Source: an uncultured bacterium (GTDB lineage: Bacteria > Oederibacteriota > Muellerivitia > Muellerivitales > Muellerivitaceae). Taken from it: 64,000 bases of DNA. The position numbers and the translations under genes were made by a program. The stretch is from positions 28,931 to 92,930 of the forward strand of contig CAZUXW010000004.1 of NCBI GenBank assembly GCA_964624625.1, written 5' to 3'. Below the pieces are notes generated by a model. It made no database searches. It saw only the letters and a list, made by a program, of their open reading frames with translations, and had not been told where the DNA came from. Positions 17,378-26,575 of this stretch are shown here, piece after piece (position 1 is the stretch's first letter; each line of letters begins with the position of its first letter).

Positions 17378-18809
17378 GGTTTCTCCTGGCTGCTTTCTTT
17401 TTGGCGACCTTCTCTTTATGAGCCCTTAAGTTAAAGTTTCGCTTGAAGGTTTTGCGTCCATGTTCTTCTTTATTCTTGTCCCCCTTGGTCTTGAGGACCA
17501 ACTGTAGGGGCGTTGATTCCATCCCGAGGCTCTTACGCAGCTCCGCTTCCAGAAAACGCATATAAGCCGGTGAGGCGCATTCGGGGCGGTTGGCGAAGAT
17601 CTCGAAAGCCGGCGGATGGCCTATCCTTTGGTAGCCATAGAGGATTTTGATCTGTCCCCCGTTTCGGAAGGGCGGGGATTGCTTGGCAACCGCCTCCTGG
17701 AGGGCGTTATTGACCTGCCTGGTCGGGATTTGGCGGCAACTCTCCTCATAAACGGCGTAAACCGCTGGTAGGACCCTGTTGATATTCAATCCCGTCTTAG
17801 CTGAAGTAAAGAGGATGGGGGCGAAATTCAGGTGCCGTAGCTGGCGCTTGATCACCCTTTCGGCATGGGCCTGTTCCGCGCCTTTGTGGCTGATATCCCA
17901 TTTGTTGATGACCACGACAACCGGCCGGAATGCGTCGAAAATAATCTTGCTGATATTCACATCCTGGTGGGAAACGCCCTTTTCGCCGTCGATAAGGAGC
18001 AGGGCAACCTGGCAGGTTTGGAGTTCGTAAAGGGCCTGCTCAACGCTGATCTTTTCGATGCGGCTGTCCTGTTTCAAGTTGGCCCGGATGCCGGCCGTAT
18101 CGACTACGATCAAGGGATCGTCCTCGGTTTCCAGGATCACGGGGATGGCATCATGGGTAGTGCCAGGCATATCGTCGACAATTTGGGTTTTTTGACCGGA
18201 CAAAGCATTGACTAATGAGGACTTACCGACGTTAGGCTTACCTAAGATCGCAAGTCGGAGGGGTTTCTTCTCGATTTCCCTGTCACCCATGGGTTTGGAG
18301 GAGGTCTTCCCGATGGCCGAGACCACCGAATCCAGGAAATCGTTGATGCCGATGCCGTGGGTCGAGGAAATGGGAAAAACCCTGTCAAAGCCAAGGTTCA
18401 AGAAATCCGAGATGTCCTCGTCCTGTTTGCCGATACGGTCCGCCTTATTGACTAAAAGCCAGGTTGGGATGCCGTATTTGCGAAGGTTCCTGGCAATAAG
18501 ATTGTCGGCGGGGGTGGCTCCCTCTTGGGCGTCCACGATGAACAATAGGGCGGAAACCTTCTTCAGGCGGGCTTCCAATTGCTCCCCCACCTTGAGGGCG
18601 ATGGTCTCTTTTTCCCCGGGAACCCACCCTCCTGAGTCGGTGAGGATGAAGGTGACCCCGTTCCAAAGGAGCTCAAAGCTTTTCAAGTCGCGGGTGGAAC
18701 CAGGCATATTATCGACCAAAGCCATGGATTTACCGGCTAAACGGTTAAAAAGGGTGGATTTACCCACATTGGGTCGTCCGACAATCAGCACTTCAGGTAG
18801 CGGTCGCAA
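17370..18809 (-). CDS. der: Ribosome-biogenesis GTPase Der (EngA)
   Basis: Two tandem GTPase domains (GRPNVGKST and GKPNVGKSS) and a KH-like C-terminus. Conserved der-plsY-gpsA order. Confidence 0.9.
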   Translation of the reverse strand: MRPLPEVLIVGRPNVGKSTLFNRLAGKSMALVDNMPGSTRDLKSFELLWNGVTFILTDSGGWVPGEKETIALKVGEQLEARLKKVSALLFIVDAQEGATPADNLIARNLRKYGIPTWLLVNKADRIGKQDEDISDFLNLGFDRVFPISSTHGIGINDFLDSVVSAIGKTSSKPMGDREIEKKPLRLAILGKPNVGKSSLVNALSGQKTQIVDDMPGTTHDAIPVILETEDDPLIVVDTAGIRANLKQDSRIEKISVEQALYELQTCQVALLLIDGEKGVSHQDVNISKIIFDAFRPVVVVINKWDISHKGAEQAHAERVIKRQLRHLNFAPILFTSAKTGLNINRVLPAVYAVYEESCRQIPTRQVNNALQEAVAKQSPPFRNGGQIKILYGYQRIGHPPAFEIFANRPECASPAYMRFLEAELRKSLGMESTPLQLVLKTKGDKNKEEHGRKTFKRNFNLRAHKEKVAKKKAARRNRG

Positions 18810-18842
18810 GCATGACTCCGATTTTTGACTAGTTGTGTGGAT

Positions 18843-18871
18843 GGATTGTACAGGACTTGGGAGGGGTTGTC
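18843..18871 (-). promoter_or_regulatory. Candidate sigma-70 promoter for the der-plsY-gpsA operon
   Basis: On the minus strand: CTGACA, a 17-bp spacer, then TACAAT, about 35 bp upstream of the der start. Confidence 0.3.
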
Positions 18872-18892
18872 AGCTTAGGTTTGCGACAGAAA

Positions 18893-19369
18893 CTATTTCA
18901 AAACTACAAATTTCTGAAGGGGAAGCTTCGTGATTTGGCCCGTTGCCTTATCCTCGATTTGGGCTTGGTAATAGTAAATTCCCTCGGAGACGGTCTTTAA
19001 GTTCCAAAGAATGTCGAAAAGGGACCCGCCTTCTTTTTCGATGGTGGCGATCACGTCAAAGAAGCGGTTGTTGACCCGGATGCGGACTTTGCAGGGGCCG
19101 GCGGCCATGACCCTAAAGTTAAGTTTCTTGCCGCGGGCTGGGTTGGGGATGACGGTGACTTTGGGCAGGGATTTGTCGAAAACGATGGTGGGTTTGGGAG
19201 TGTCGGCGAAAATTGGGGAAAGCGGCATTGCGCCACAGATGAACAAGGATAAACACAGATGGCCTAGGAAAATCTTAAGTAGGGTTTGCCGCGTCTTAAA
19301 ACCACCCGATGGGGGTTGAGTCCCGCAAGGACGGCTAAAATTCCTAATTCCTAATCCCGAATTCCTCAT
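18893..19369 (-). CDS. Hypothetical secreted protein with a C-terminal Ig-like/FlgD-like domain
   Basis: Signal-peptide-like segment (LCLSLFICGAMPLSPIFA). The C-terminal beta-rich block (VTVIPNPARGKKLNFRV…GIYYYQAQI) resembles secretion-sorting/Ig-like domains. The start is ambiguous between M1 at 19381 and M5 at 19369, because the 5' end overlaps a TTAGGAATT repeat. Confidence 0.4.
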   Translation of the reverse strand: MRNSGLGIRNFSRPCGTQPPSGGFKTRQTLLKIFLGHLCLSLFICGAMPLSPIFADTPKPTIVFDKSLPKVTVIPNPARGKKLNFRVMAAGPCKVRIRVNNRFFDVIATIEKEGGSLFDILWNLKTVSEGIYYYQAQIEDKATGQITKLPLQKFVVLK

Positions 19370-19377
19370 GGTAGTTC

Positions 19378-20316
19378 TCATCCTGTTAATTTTACCGCCG
19401 CGACGAGGGTCTTGGCGTCTTCCACGTTCGTGACCGTGTTGTTCTTATCGCACTTCTTCACCATGGTACTGTAAATCTTGCCGGGACCCACTTCCACCCA
19501 AACCCTGAAGCCGCGATGGGTCACGGCTCCCACGGTCTTGATCCAGTCGACGGGACTGGAGTATTGCTTAATTAAGACGTCCCGGACCATCTCAAGGGTT
19601 CCAACATATTCACCATCGGAAGAGCGCAGGAAGGTGATTTTGGGATGTTTTAACTGGATCTCGCCCAGACATTCCTTCAAAAGGGCCTCAAAAGCCGGTT
19701 CCAGTTCCGCGGCCTGGGGGCTGAACAAGGGGCCCCTCGGAAGCTGGGGATTGGTCCTGATCTCTTTGACGCCTTGAACTTCGGCCTGAACGGACTTCAC
19801 CGCCTCAACCGGTCCCCAAACGATGAAAGTGTCCGGGGCCAGGTGATGGGTGATGATCAGTTCCCCTTCTTCCCTGGTCAGGAGGGGCTGGAGTTGATCC
19901 AGGGTGATTCCGGTCAAGGAAAGGGACGCGCCTCCATGCTTGAGGGCGAAAGCTTCGATCAGGGCCGCGCGCTTAACCACATATTGCAAGGCGGTGATGT
20001 AAGGAATGGACTCGGCGGCGACCAAGGCCGCCACTTCCCCCACGCCAATGCCGGTTAAGAGCTCGGGTTTCCGCCGGTTGGAAACCAGGGGATCGAAACA
20101 AGCCACGTCATTCACGAAAGTAATAAGCTGGGCATTGACGGTTTTGTCCTGCTCATCCTTGGGCCCGAGGAAGCAAGTTTTCGCCAGCTTCAATCCCAGG
20201 AGCTTTTCGGCCTTTTCGAAAAATTCCCTGGCGGACATGGATTTCGCGTAAAAATCCTTGCCCATTCCCACGTAATGGGAGCCTTCGTTGGGAAAGATCG
20301 CTGCGATGCGGGCCAT
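19378..20316 (-). CDS. FabD-like acyltransferase (malonyl-CoA:ACP transacylase family) with a substituted active site
   Basis: Aligns to FabD from memory: FPNEGSHYVGMG versus FPGQGSQ.VGM, and GIGVGEVAALVAA where FabD has GHSLGEYSALVAA. The nucleophilic Ser is replaced by Gly. Confidence 0.65.
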   Translation of the reverse strand: MARIAAIFPNEGSHYVGMGKDFYAKSMSAREFFEKAEKLLGLKLAKTCFLGPKDEQDKTVNAQLITFVNDVACFDPLVSNRRKPELLTGIGVGEVAALVAAESIPYITALQYVVKRAALIEAFALKHGGASLSLTGITLDQLQPLLTREEGELIITHHLAPDTFIVWGPVEAVKSVQAEVQGVKEIRTNPQLPRGPLFSPQAAELEPAFEALLKECLGEIQLKHPKITFLRSSDGEYVGTLEMVRDVLIKQYSSPVDWIKTVGAVTHRGFRVWVEVGPGKIYSTMVKKCDKNNTVTNVEDAKTLVAAVKLTG

Positions 20317-20478
20317 AATGAAACCTTTGATTTTAAAGAATGGTCAATGAAGGGCGCATTTTATCATAAGGAGACGCAGAAGTTTTGGTTGTCTCCCGGC
20401 TTAAAAAAAGGGGGGTAGGAACCGAAAAGGCTAAATTCCCCTTTTCAAAGGGGGAAATAATCATCCGTTCATTTGGAA

Positions 20479-22587
20479 TTAAATATGCGGCTGGGAGGCC
20501 AGAAAATCGGTAATGGTAGCCTTGTCCGGCGGGTTAGGCACTAACAGCAAATAACGCTCGAACATTTGGGCCGCGTAATCAGCCCTGGTTCTCATATTCA
20601 TGTAACCCAAGGTCCGATAGGCCTCGGCGTAATTGGGATCAAGGCTTCGGACCGTTTCCCATTCCTTGGTCGCCTGTTCGAAGAGCCCGGCCTGGAAGTA
20701 CTGAAAGCCCAGGTGCTGATGGGCGTCCGTGGAGCTGGGATTTAATTTGACGGCCTTCCGGAAGAACTGAAGGGCATCCTTCGGATTTTTTTGGTTCTCG
20801 GCCAAGATTCCCCGGTCAAACCAGGGAAGAAAATAACCAGGGGACAATTGGGACGCCTTCTCGAAGGAAAGGGCCGCGTGATCGGTCCAGCCCTGGCTGT
20901 TCTCCACCACGCCGGCGTTGAGGAAAAGGCGGCTATTGTCGAACCCGATCGCCTTGGCCTGCATCAGGCAATCCTCCCCCATGAAGCCGCTTTTCGCCAC
21001 CTCGAGGCCGTAGGAAGCCTTGAACAGGTAATAGCGCGAGGCTGTTTCCCGCGACAAGTAATCATGGTTCAGTTCGACCCTGGGAGTCCTGAAATTCTGC
21101 CATAGGAATTCCTCCGCAGGCGGTGGATGTCCCCCATAAGCCTCCCAAAAGAGCAGTCCCTTCATCAGGAGGGTTTCCCGGGGCGCGTCGATTTTCTCGC
21201 TGTAAAAAACAGCCGAGGGGTTCTGGCGGGCTTCGTAGTTTCTTTCCGCCGCCGCCAAGAGGGGCGGGGCCGTTCCCGTCTCGTTCCGGTAATCCAACAA
21301 ATGGTAAATGTCCGGAAAGAGTCCTCCGGTGCGGTCGAAGATGTCCAGGTCGGGACGCAAATGGCGGACGAGTTTCAGGTAAGCCAAGGGAAAGGTGATG
21401 GAGTCACCCGAGCTGAAAAGAACCGAATGGGCCGGCATTTGGGAAAGGATGTCCAGGCCGACGTCCTCCACCGCCAAGTTCCGGCTGGAGTTGTTTTGGG
21501 TGAAGGCGGAAAGGGTTGAGCCGCAGAGGATGAGCGCCGCCGCCGGGATCAGGAGTGGTTTCCAGGAACCCCTTCGGGCAAAAATCCATTCCAGGCCCCT
21601 CAGAATGAGGGGTGAAAACCAAAGAAGGGCCGGGGGAAGAAAAGCCCCGTTGATGTGGTTGTTTTCGGGATTGTAATCATCCCGGATCAGGAACGGAAGA
21701 AGGATGAAAAGGCAAGAGGCCCCGATGAAATATTCCGGTTGGATCCCCTTCCGGTTTTTCCAAAGGCCTGCCGCCAGGAGAACCGGGCCCAGGCCCCAGG
21801 ACTCCAGCAGGAAATCCTTCGTGTAGAGGTAAAGGTCCCAAAAACCATTCAGGAAGGATCCGGTGGAGATGTCGCCGCCATATTGGGCCCGGGTGACATG
21901 GTAAAAAAGCTGTTGGAAGGTGGAGGGGTTTCCCCAATTGACCAGGGGAGCGAGGTTGGCACGGAGCGGAAGGACGAGGTAGGGTGATAATCCGAGGCAA
22001 AGGAGCGAGGAGGCGATCGCGGCTTTTTTACCGTCCTTAAGCTCATTTCGATAAGCCCATCCCAAGGCTGGAAGGATCAAGAAGGTTAGGTGCTGATGGG
22101 ACAGGGCGGCTCCTGTCAGGAAGCCGGCGGCGTAAAGATTGAATGTGGTTGGAAAAAGGACGAAGTTCAATAGACCCGCGGTGAAAAAAAGATGCAGCGC
22201 GAAAACTTCCGGGCTGACCATTTGGTGAAAAACCAGGGGTCCGGCCATGACCAAGCCGGCGGCCAGCAGGACAAGGGAATTTTTCCCGGTGGGGGTGTTG
22301 GAACTTCCGGCGAACTTTCCGAGGGTAGGGACCAAGACCATCAAGGCGGCGGTTTGGGCCAGTATCGACAAAAAAGTCATTCGAAAGGCGGGGGAACCTA
22401 ACGGTAAAAGCTGGGCCAAACGGCCGAGTGTGACGAAAAGAGGGTAGCCCGGAGCGTGGGCGGAGCCCAGGTGAAAGGCGGCGGCGGTCAACTCAGGCGC
22501 GTCCCCCCCCACCATCCCAGGCGCCGCCGCCGCCAAGGATAGGGCGATCCAAATAAAAGGAAGGGCTCCGGTGAAAACCGTGATCAT
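20479..22587 (-). CDS. DUF2723/TMEM260-like polytopic membrane protein fused to C-terminal TPR repeats
   Basis: The N-terminus (GGDAPELTAAAFHLGSAHAPGYPLFVTLGRL) resembles the DUF2723 signature. About 11 TM helices are followed by soluble TPR repeats. Confidence 0.6.
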   Translation of the reverse strand: MITVFTGALPFIWIALSLAAAAPGMVGGDAPELTAAAFHLGSAHAPGYPLFVTLGRLAQLLPLGSPAFRMTFLSILAQTAALMVLVPTLGKFAGSSNTPTGKNSLVLLAAGLVMAGPLVFHQMVSPEVFALHLFFTAGLLNFVLFPTTFNLYAAGFLTGAALSHQHLTFLILPALGWAYRNELKDGKKAAIASSLLCLGLSPYLVLPLRANLAPLVNWGNPSTFQQLFYHVTRAQYGGDISTGSFLNGFWDLYLYTKDFLLESWGLGPVLLAAGLWKNRKGIQPEYFIGASCLFILLPFLIRDDYNPENNHINGAFLPPALLWFSPLILRGLEWIFARRGSWKPLLIPAAALILCGSTLSAFTQNNSSRNLAVEDVGLDILSQMPAHSVLFSSGDSITFPLAYLKLVRHLRPDLDIFDRTGGLFPDIYHLLDYRNETGTAPPLLAAAERNYEARQNPSAVFYSEKIDAPRETLLMKGLLFWEAYGGHPPPAEEFLWQNFRTPRVELNHDYLSRETASRYYLFKASYGLEVAKSGFMGEDCLMQAKAIGFDNSRLFLNAGVVENSQGWTDHAALSFEKASQLSPGYFLPWFDRGILAENQKNPKDALQFFRKAVKLNPSSTDAHQHLGFQYFQAGLFEQATKEWETVRSLDPNYAEAYRTLGYMNMRTRADYAAQMFERYLLLVPNPPDKATITDFLASQPHI

Positions 22588-23354
22588 GGATTGTTTTTTA
22601 AGTTGAAGGAAAAGGTGATGACGCCCGATTGGTCGGTTTGGCTGATTTCAGGCGGAAGGGGCTCGAATTCCCATTGGACCAGGGCTTTGTAAACCACTTG
22701 GTCCAATTCGCGGTAGCCCGAGGTCTGTTCGAATTGGATGTCATTTTCCCGCAAGAGGCCGTTGGGCATGACCGTCAATTGAAGTCGGACAGTAGCCTCG
22801 ATTCCCTGTTTCTTCGCCCAGTCCGGGTACTCAGGATTCACTTGCCACTTGATGGTTCGAGCCGCCAGTTCCCCCTCAATGTTGGCGTTGCCGTTGGGGG
22901 TGCCGGCCACCCCGATATGGCCCAATCCGGCGGTGGTTTTAATTTTATTCGGGGCATCCTTTTTAAGTTCCAAACCGATGGGGGCGGAATGACGCAGGCT
23001 TTCCAAGTAGGCTTCCGACGAGGCGGCGCCGGAATGGACTTTTGGTTTGAGGGGTTTCTTGACGCTGACCTCCGGCTTTTCCGCCGCCGACACGGGCGGG
23101 TTCGACAATTCTGTCCGGGGCGTGGAGAATTCCCCGTTGGTTTCCGCCATGGGAAGTTGGACTGGAACTTCACCCGTGTGTGAAGCGGGTGATCCCAGGC
23201 CCTGGCCCTGGGACATTTGGCCGATGAGGGTCAACTCCATGAGTAGGGGCGTTCGAACCACCAAGAAAGAATGGTAGAGGACAAATAAAATAAGCAGCAG
23301 CAATCCGTGGAATAGGGTCGAGTAAATGAGGGAATTTTTAAAATCTTGTTCCAT
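22584..23354 (-). CDS. tonB: TonB-family energy transducer
   Basis: An N-terminal TM helix, a Pro-rich spacer and a C-terminal TonB-like domain (…EATVRLQLTVMPNG…VITFSFNL). It overlaps the DUF2723 gene by 4 nt. Confidence 0.65.
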   Translation of the reverse strand: MEQDFKNSLIYSTLFHGLLLLILFVLYHSFLVVRTPLLMELTLIGQMSQGQGLGSPASHTGEVPVQLPMAETNGEFSTPRTELSNPPVSAAEKPEVSVKKPLKPKVHSGAASSEAYLESLRHSAPIGLELKKDAPNKIKTTAGLGHIGVAGTPNGNANIEGELAARTIKWQVNPEYPDWAKKQGIEATVRLQLTVMPNGLLRENDIQFEQTSGYRELDQVVYKALVQWEFEPLPPEISQTDQSGVITFSFNLKNNP

Positions 23355-23363
23355 CGAGGATCC

Positions 23364-23819
23364 TTATTTGGGCGTGATGGGGGCGGGGGCATTGTCCCCC
23401 AGCTCCACGGCGATTCCCAATTTGCTGATGCCGGCCGTATAGGCCTTGGACATGATTCCCGCTACGGTTCCGTGGGAGACGTTTTTATCGGCGTTGATCA
23501 TGACCAGGGCCGCCGGCTTCTTTTGAATCAGGGTTTGGAGCAGGGCCACCAGATTTTCCAAGGGGGTTTCCGCGTCGTTCACGTAAACCTTATCCCCCTG
23601 GGTGATGGTAATGGTGATGGTTTCCGGCAAGGCTGGCGAGGGGGCCGCGACCTTCGGCAGCTTCACCTGAAAAGCGCCCTGGAACAGGAAGGGCGTGGTG
23701 ACCATGAAGATGACCAAGAGGACCAACACCACGTCGGTGAAGGGCACCATGTTGATTTCGGCGATGAGCTTCGATTTAGACCTCAGTCGGCTTTGCATCG
23801 ATAGTTCTCCTTCCGGCAA
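23364..23819 (-). CDS. exbD: ExbD/TolR biopolymer transport protein
   Basis: EINMVPFTDVVLVLLVIFMV TM segment and an ExbD periplasmic domain. Confidence 0.8.
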   Translation of the reverse strand: MPEGELSMQSRLRSKSKLIAEINMVPFTDVVLVLLVIFMVTTPFLFQGAFQVKLPKVAAPSPALPETITITITQGDKVYVNDAETPLENLVALLQTLIQKKPAALVMINADKNVSHGTVAGIMSKAYTAGISKLGIAVELGDNAPAPITPK

Positions 23820-23841
23820 ATATCAAAAACAACAAGTCCAC

Positions 23842-23943
23842 TTGCCACAGATGATCAGGGATGAACTCAGACAAATCTTTTTTAAAAGGATTTCGAATTT
23901 TAGTTTGCGCCATCCGTGTTAATCCGTGTTCATCTTTGGCTAA
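23842..23943. repeat. Copy X of a ~95-nt structured intergenic repeat (TTGCCACAGATGATCAGGGA…GTGTTCATCTTTGGCTAA)
   Basis: Lies between exbB and exbD. It shares termini and internal inverted repeats with the copies at 24587 and 42103. Confidence 0.55.
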
Positions 23944-23954
23944 CCCTAGTTTCC

Positions 23955-24566
23955 TCATCCGAACCTTTCGTTTATTTCCGAGATGACGATCTCCGCTTCC
24001 TGGGCGATTTCATTCAGCCTGGCCTGGAACCAGTTGTAGATGAAAACCGCCGAGATGGCCACGAAGAGGCCGGTGGCGGTGGCAAAAAGGGCCTCCGCGA
24101 TTCCTTTGGAAACGACCGCCGCTCCCCCGGCATTGGCCAAAGCCAGGTCCTGGAAGGCCTGAATAATGCCTAAAACGGTGCCAAAAAGCCCCACGAAGGG
24201 CGCGATGCTGCCGATGGTGGCCAGAAGCGGCAATCGGGCTTCCAGCCGCAAAAGCTGGATCTTCGCCTCCCTTTCCATGGCCTGGGTCAAGTCCGTCCCG
24301 TCATTTTTGGCCTTGAGCCCCGCCTGGACGACCTTGGCTAAAAGGGTGCCGTTTCGGTCGCAGGCTTCCACGCATTCATGGAACGTTTTTTTGTTGAGGA
24401 AGGGTTCCAAAGCCGCCATCACCTCTTCCCTTTTCCGGTAATGGGCGCGGAAATAGGTCCAGCGGTTGTAAAGCACCGCCACGACCACAATGGACATGAG
24501 GATCAAAAGGCCGATCGTCCAGCCGCCCTTCAATAAAACCTGGAACAACGAGAAATCGTGACTCAT
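23955..24566 (-). CDS. exbB: ExbB/TolQ/MotA-family proton channel
   Basis: Three TM segments with the conserved C-terminal region (…IAPFVGLFGTVLGII.AF…GIAEAL.ATA.GL). Confidence 0.85.
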   Translation of the reverse strand: MSHDFSLFQVLLKGGWTIGLLILMSIVVVAVLYNRWTYFRAHYRKREEVMAALEPFLNKKTFHECVEACDRNGTLLAKVVQAGLKAKNDGTDLTQAMEREAKIQLLRLEARLPLLATIGSIAPFVGLFGTVLGIIQAFQDLALANAGGAAVVSKGIAEALFATATGLFVAISAVFIYNWFQARLNEIAQEAEIVISEINERFG

Positions 24567-24586
24567 AAATCCTCCAAAAAATTCAA

Positions 24587-24680
24587 TTGAACCACAGAGT
24601 TACTCAGAGTTCCCAAAAGTGAGGCTTAAAATCCTTGAAATCATTTTACTCTGTGTTACCCCGTGTAACTCTGTGGTTAA
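24587..24680. repeat. Copy Z of the structured intergenic repeat (TTGAACCACAGAGTTAC…GTAACTCTGTGGTTAA)
   Basis: A 14-bp perfect terminal inverted repeat plus internal ACTC(A/T)G(A/T)G repeats, between the OM-barrel gene and exbB. Confidence 0.6.
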
Positions 24681-24685
24681 AATCC

Positions 24686-26575
24686 CTAAAAAATAACTTC
24701 AATTCCCCCGCGGATGTGAAACCTCGGCTCCAAGTATCCAGGCTGGATTTGGTAATTCTCTCCCAGCAAATTATCCCCATTCAGCCATAGGGAGAAAGTC
24801 TTGCTCAAATGGTAAGTGGCGTCAAGCCCCAGGGTCCAGTAGGCGGGTAAGGACCCAGGCAGGCTGTCGAACGCCTGCCGGTCCGACATGGCCTGCAATT
24901 CCAACCTTGTTTCCAACTGGTCGTCCCCGCGATAAATGGAAAGGATGCCCCGGTGCGCGGCTAATCCCGTAACGTTCAAACCATCCCCGGAGCGGTTCAT
25001 GCCCTGGGTCCATTGATAGGTCGCGGCAGCCTGCCAATCCTTCATGAAGTTCCATTGAACATTGGCCCCGGCCTTGGTGATTTCAACCTCGCCGAGGGTG
25101 GAATAGGCCTGGATTTGGACCGGCGCCGAGGGAGATATGTCGGTCCATTGGTGGTCGTTTTGAATCCTGGCGACGGAGGCGGAAAGCGAGGTGATGATTT
25201 TTTCCGATATTTTTTGGGTGAACCGGCCTCCCCACTCGCCGGTCACCTCCGTGGCCAGGGGAAAACCCGTTTCCGGGGCCACATGCTCGTTGTTCATGTA
25301 GGTGTTATGAAAACTATCGACGTAACGGTCCGTGCGCCAATACAGATTGAGCTGGCTTTGGCCGAAAAACCGCCACATGAGGTCCAGAACGGGGAAAAAT
25401 TTGAGGGGAAGGTCCAATCCGCTTCCGCCCTGTCCTTGGAGTTTGGCCGTTAAGGACAAGTTTTCCCCGTGTTTTAAAAAGGCCTGGAGGCCGAACCATG
25501 CCCAGTCATAACTGGTGACGGCGGGCGAGGCGAAATCCGAGGTCGCCCTCCTGCCGCCGGCCTCTAATCCGACGCGGTTCAGGAAAGGATCCAGGTCCTC
25601 GGCGGTTACCTTAAATTGGCCTTCCAACTCGCCGGTTTGGTTGGTTTTGGCGCTTCCGTCCCAGTAGGACAAGGTCGTCGGCTGGTTTGAGATTTTCACT
25701 TGGGCCTGGACCAGGTTTGAGATTTTCCAATGGAGGTCCGCGCTTTGTTCCGAACCCTGATGGGTTTCCCGAATCGAGCCTTGGTAAGGCAGCTCATCCT
25801 CGATTTGGGAGATATTCCCGGCCAAGCGGAGGCTGAAGGGTGTCGAGGAGAATAATTTGACGTCCAATCCGAAATTATAGCGCTTGTCCCCGTCCCGTCC
25901 GGCTCCCGCCGCCTCGCCGCCCCAAGTCGAGTAAAAACCGTTCAACAGGTACTGAAGATCCTTGAATTCCTGGCCGAACAGCCCCCAGCCGCCGTAGCTG
26001 TCGGGAGTTCCTCCGCCCGCGTGCAGGATAAAGGCCGTGTCCTTCGAGGGGCCCGCTTCCTCCGCGGTCAAGGCGGTAAAGGTTTTATTGAGGCCGGGAA
26101 GATCGTTGATGGCTCTTTCCACCCCGGTCAGATCGTGGCTTCCCAAGGTTACGTCATTCTCTTTTCGATCCAGCCTCTTGGCGCCGATGGTCAATTCGTT
26201 TTCCCCCGTGATGACGACTTCAGGCAGGGAAAATTCCGGAACCGCGGTGGGCCGGCTTTGAACGGGGGCCTTTTCACCCTCGCCTTGGGATGGTTTTTGG
26301 TTGGCGCCAGGGGCCTGACCGGATGGTTCTCCCGGGATTGCCGCCGCGTCGGGCTTGGAGATATCGGATTTATCCGTCGCGGGGGTGGCGGAAGAGGTCA
26401 AGTCGCTGTCGGGAAGGATCGTCTCTTCGGCCTGGACGGAGGCGGCCATCAAACCTAAAACGCCGAAAAATAAAAATAGCCGATAGAGGCCGATTTGTCC
26501 GGCGGAGTTTTTGCGGAGCCGGAGGGAGGCCGGTGGGAAACCTTTTGGGCGGGGGATTTTTATGGGACTTTTCAC
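24686..26575 (-). CDS. Outer-membrane beta-barrel protein, TonB-dependent-receptor-like
   Basis: A signal peptide, a low-complexity Pro/Ser/Gln linker, a plug/TonB-box-like PEVVITGE, aromatic-rich beta-strand periodicity and a C-terminal …GGIEVIF. At 629 aa it is short for a canonical TBDR. Confidence 0.5.
   Translation of the reverse strand: MKSPIKIPRPKGFPPASLRLRKNSAGQIGLYRLFLFFGVLGLMAASVQAEETILPDSDLTSSATPATDKSDISKPDAAAIPGEPSGQAPGANQKPSQGEGEKAPVQSRPTAVPEFSLPEVVITGENELTIGAKRLDRKENDVTLGSHDLTGVERAINDLPGLNKTFTALTAEEAGPSKDTAFILHAGGGTPDSYGGWGLFGQEFKDLQYLLNGFYSTWGGEAAGAGRDGDKRYNFGLDVKLFSSTPFSLRLAGNISQIEDELPYQGSIRETHQGSEQSADLHWKISNLVQAQVKISNQPTTLSYWDGSAKTNQTGELEGQFKVTAEDLDPFLNRVGLEAGGRRATSDFASPAVTSYDWAWFGLQAFLKHGENLSLTAKLQGQGGSGLDLPLKFFPVLDLMWRFFGQSQLNLYWRTDRYVDSFHNTYMNNEHVAPETGFPLATEVTGEWGGRFTQKISEKIITSLSASVARIQNDHQWTDISPSAPVQIQAYSTLGEVEITKAGANVQWNFMKDWQAAATYQWTQGMNRSGDGLNVTGLAAHRGILSIYRGDDQLETRLELQAMSDRQAFDSLPGSLPAYWTLGLDATYHLSKTFSLWLNGDNLLGENYQIQPGYLEPRFHIRGGIEVIF

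Noticed and set aside
20317-20478. Hairpins GGAGACGCAGAAGTTTTGGTTGTCTCC and CCCCTTTTCAAAGGGGG as terminators
   Set aside because: In both orientations the U/A tract is on the wrong side or absent. They may be structural but are not canonical intrinsic terminators.
23842-23870. Sigma-54 promoter-like TGGCA…TTG on the reverse complement of repeat X
   Set aside because: The spacing is off by one and the -12 GC is missing, so it is not a credible -24/-12 element.
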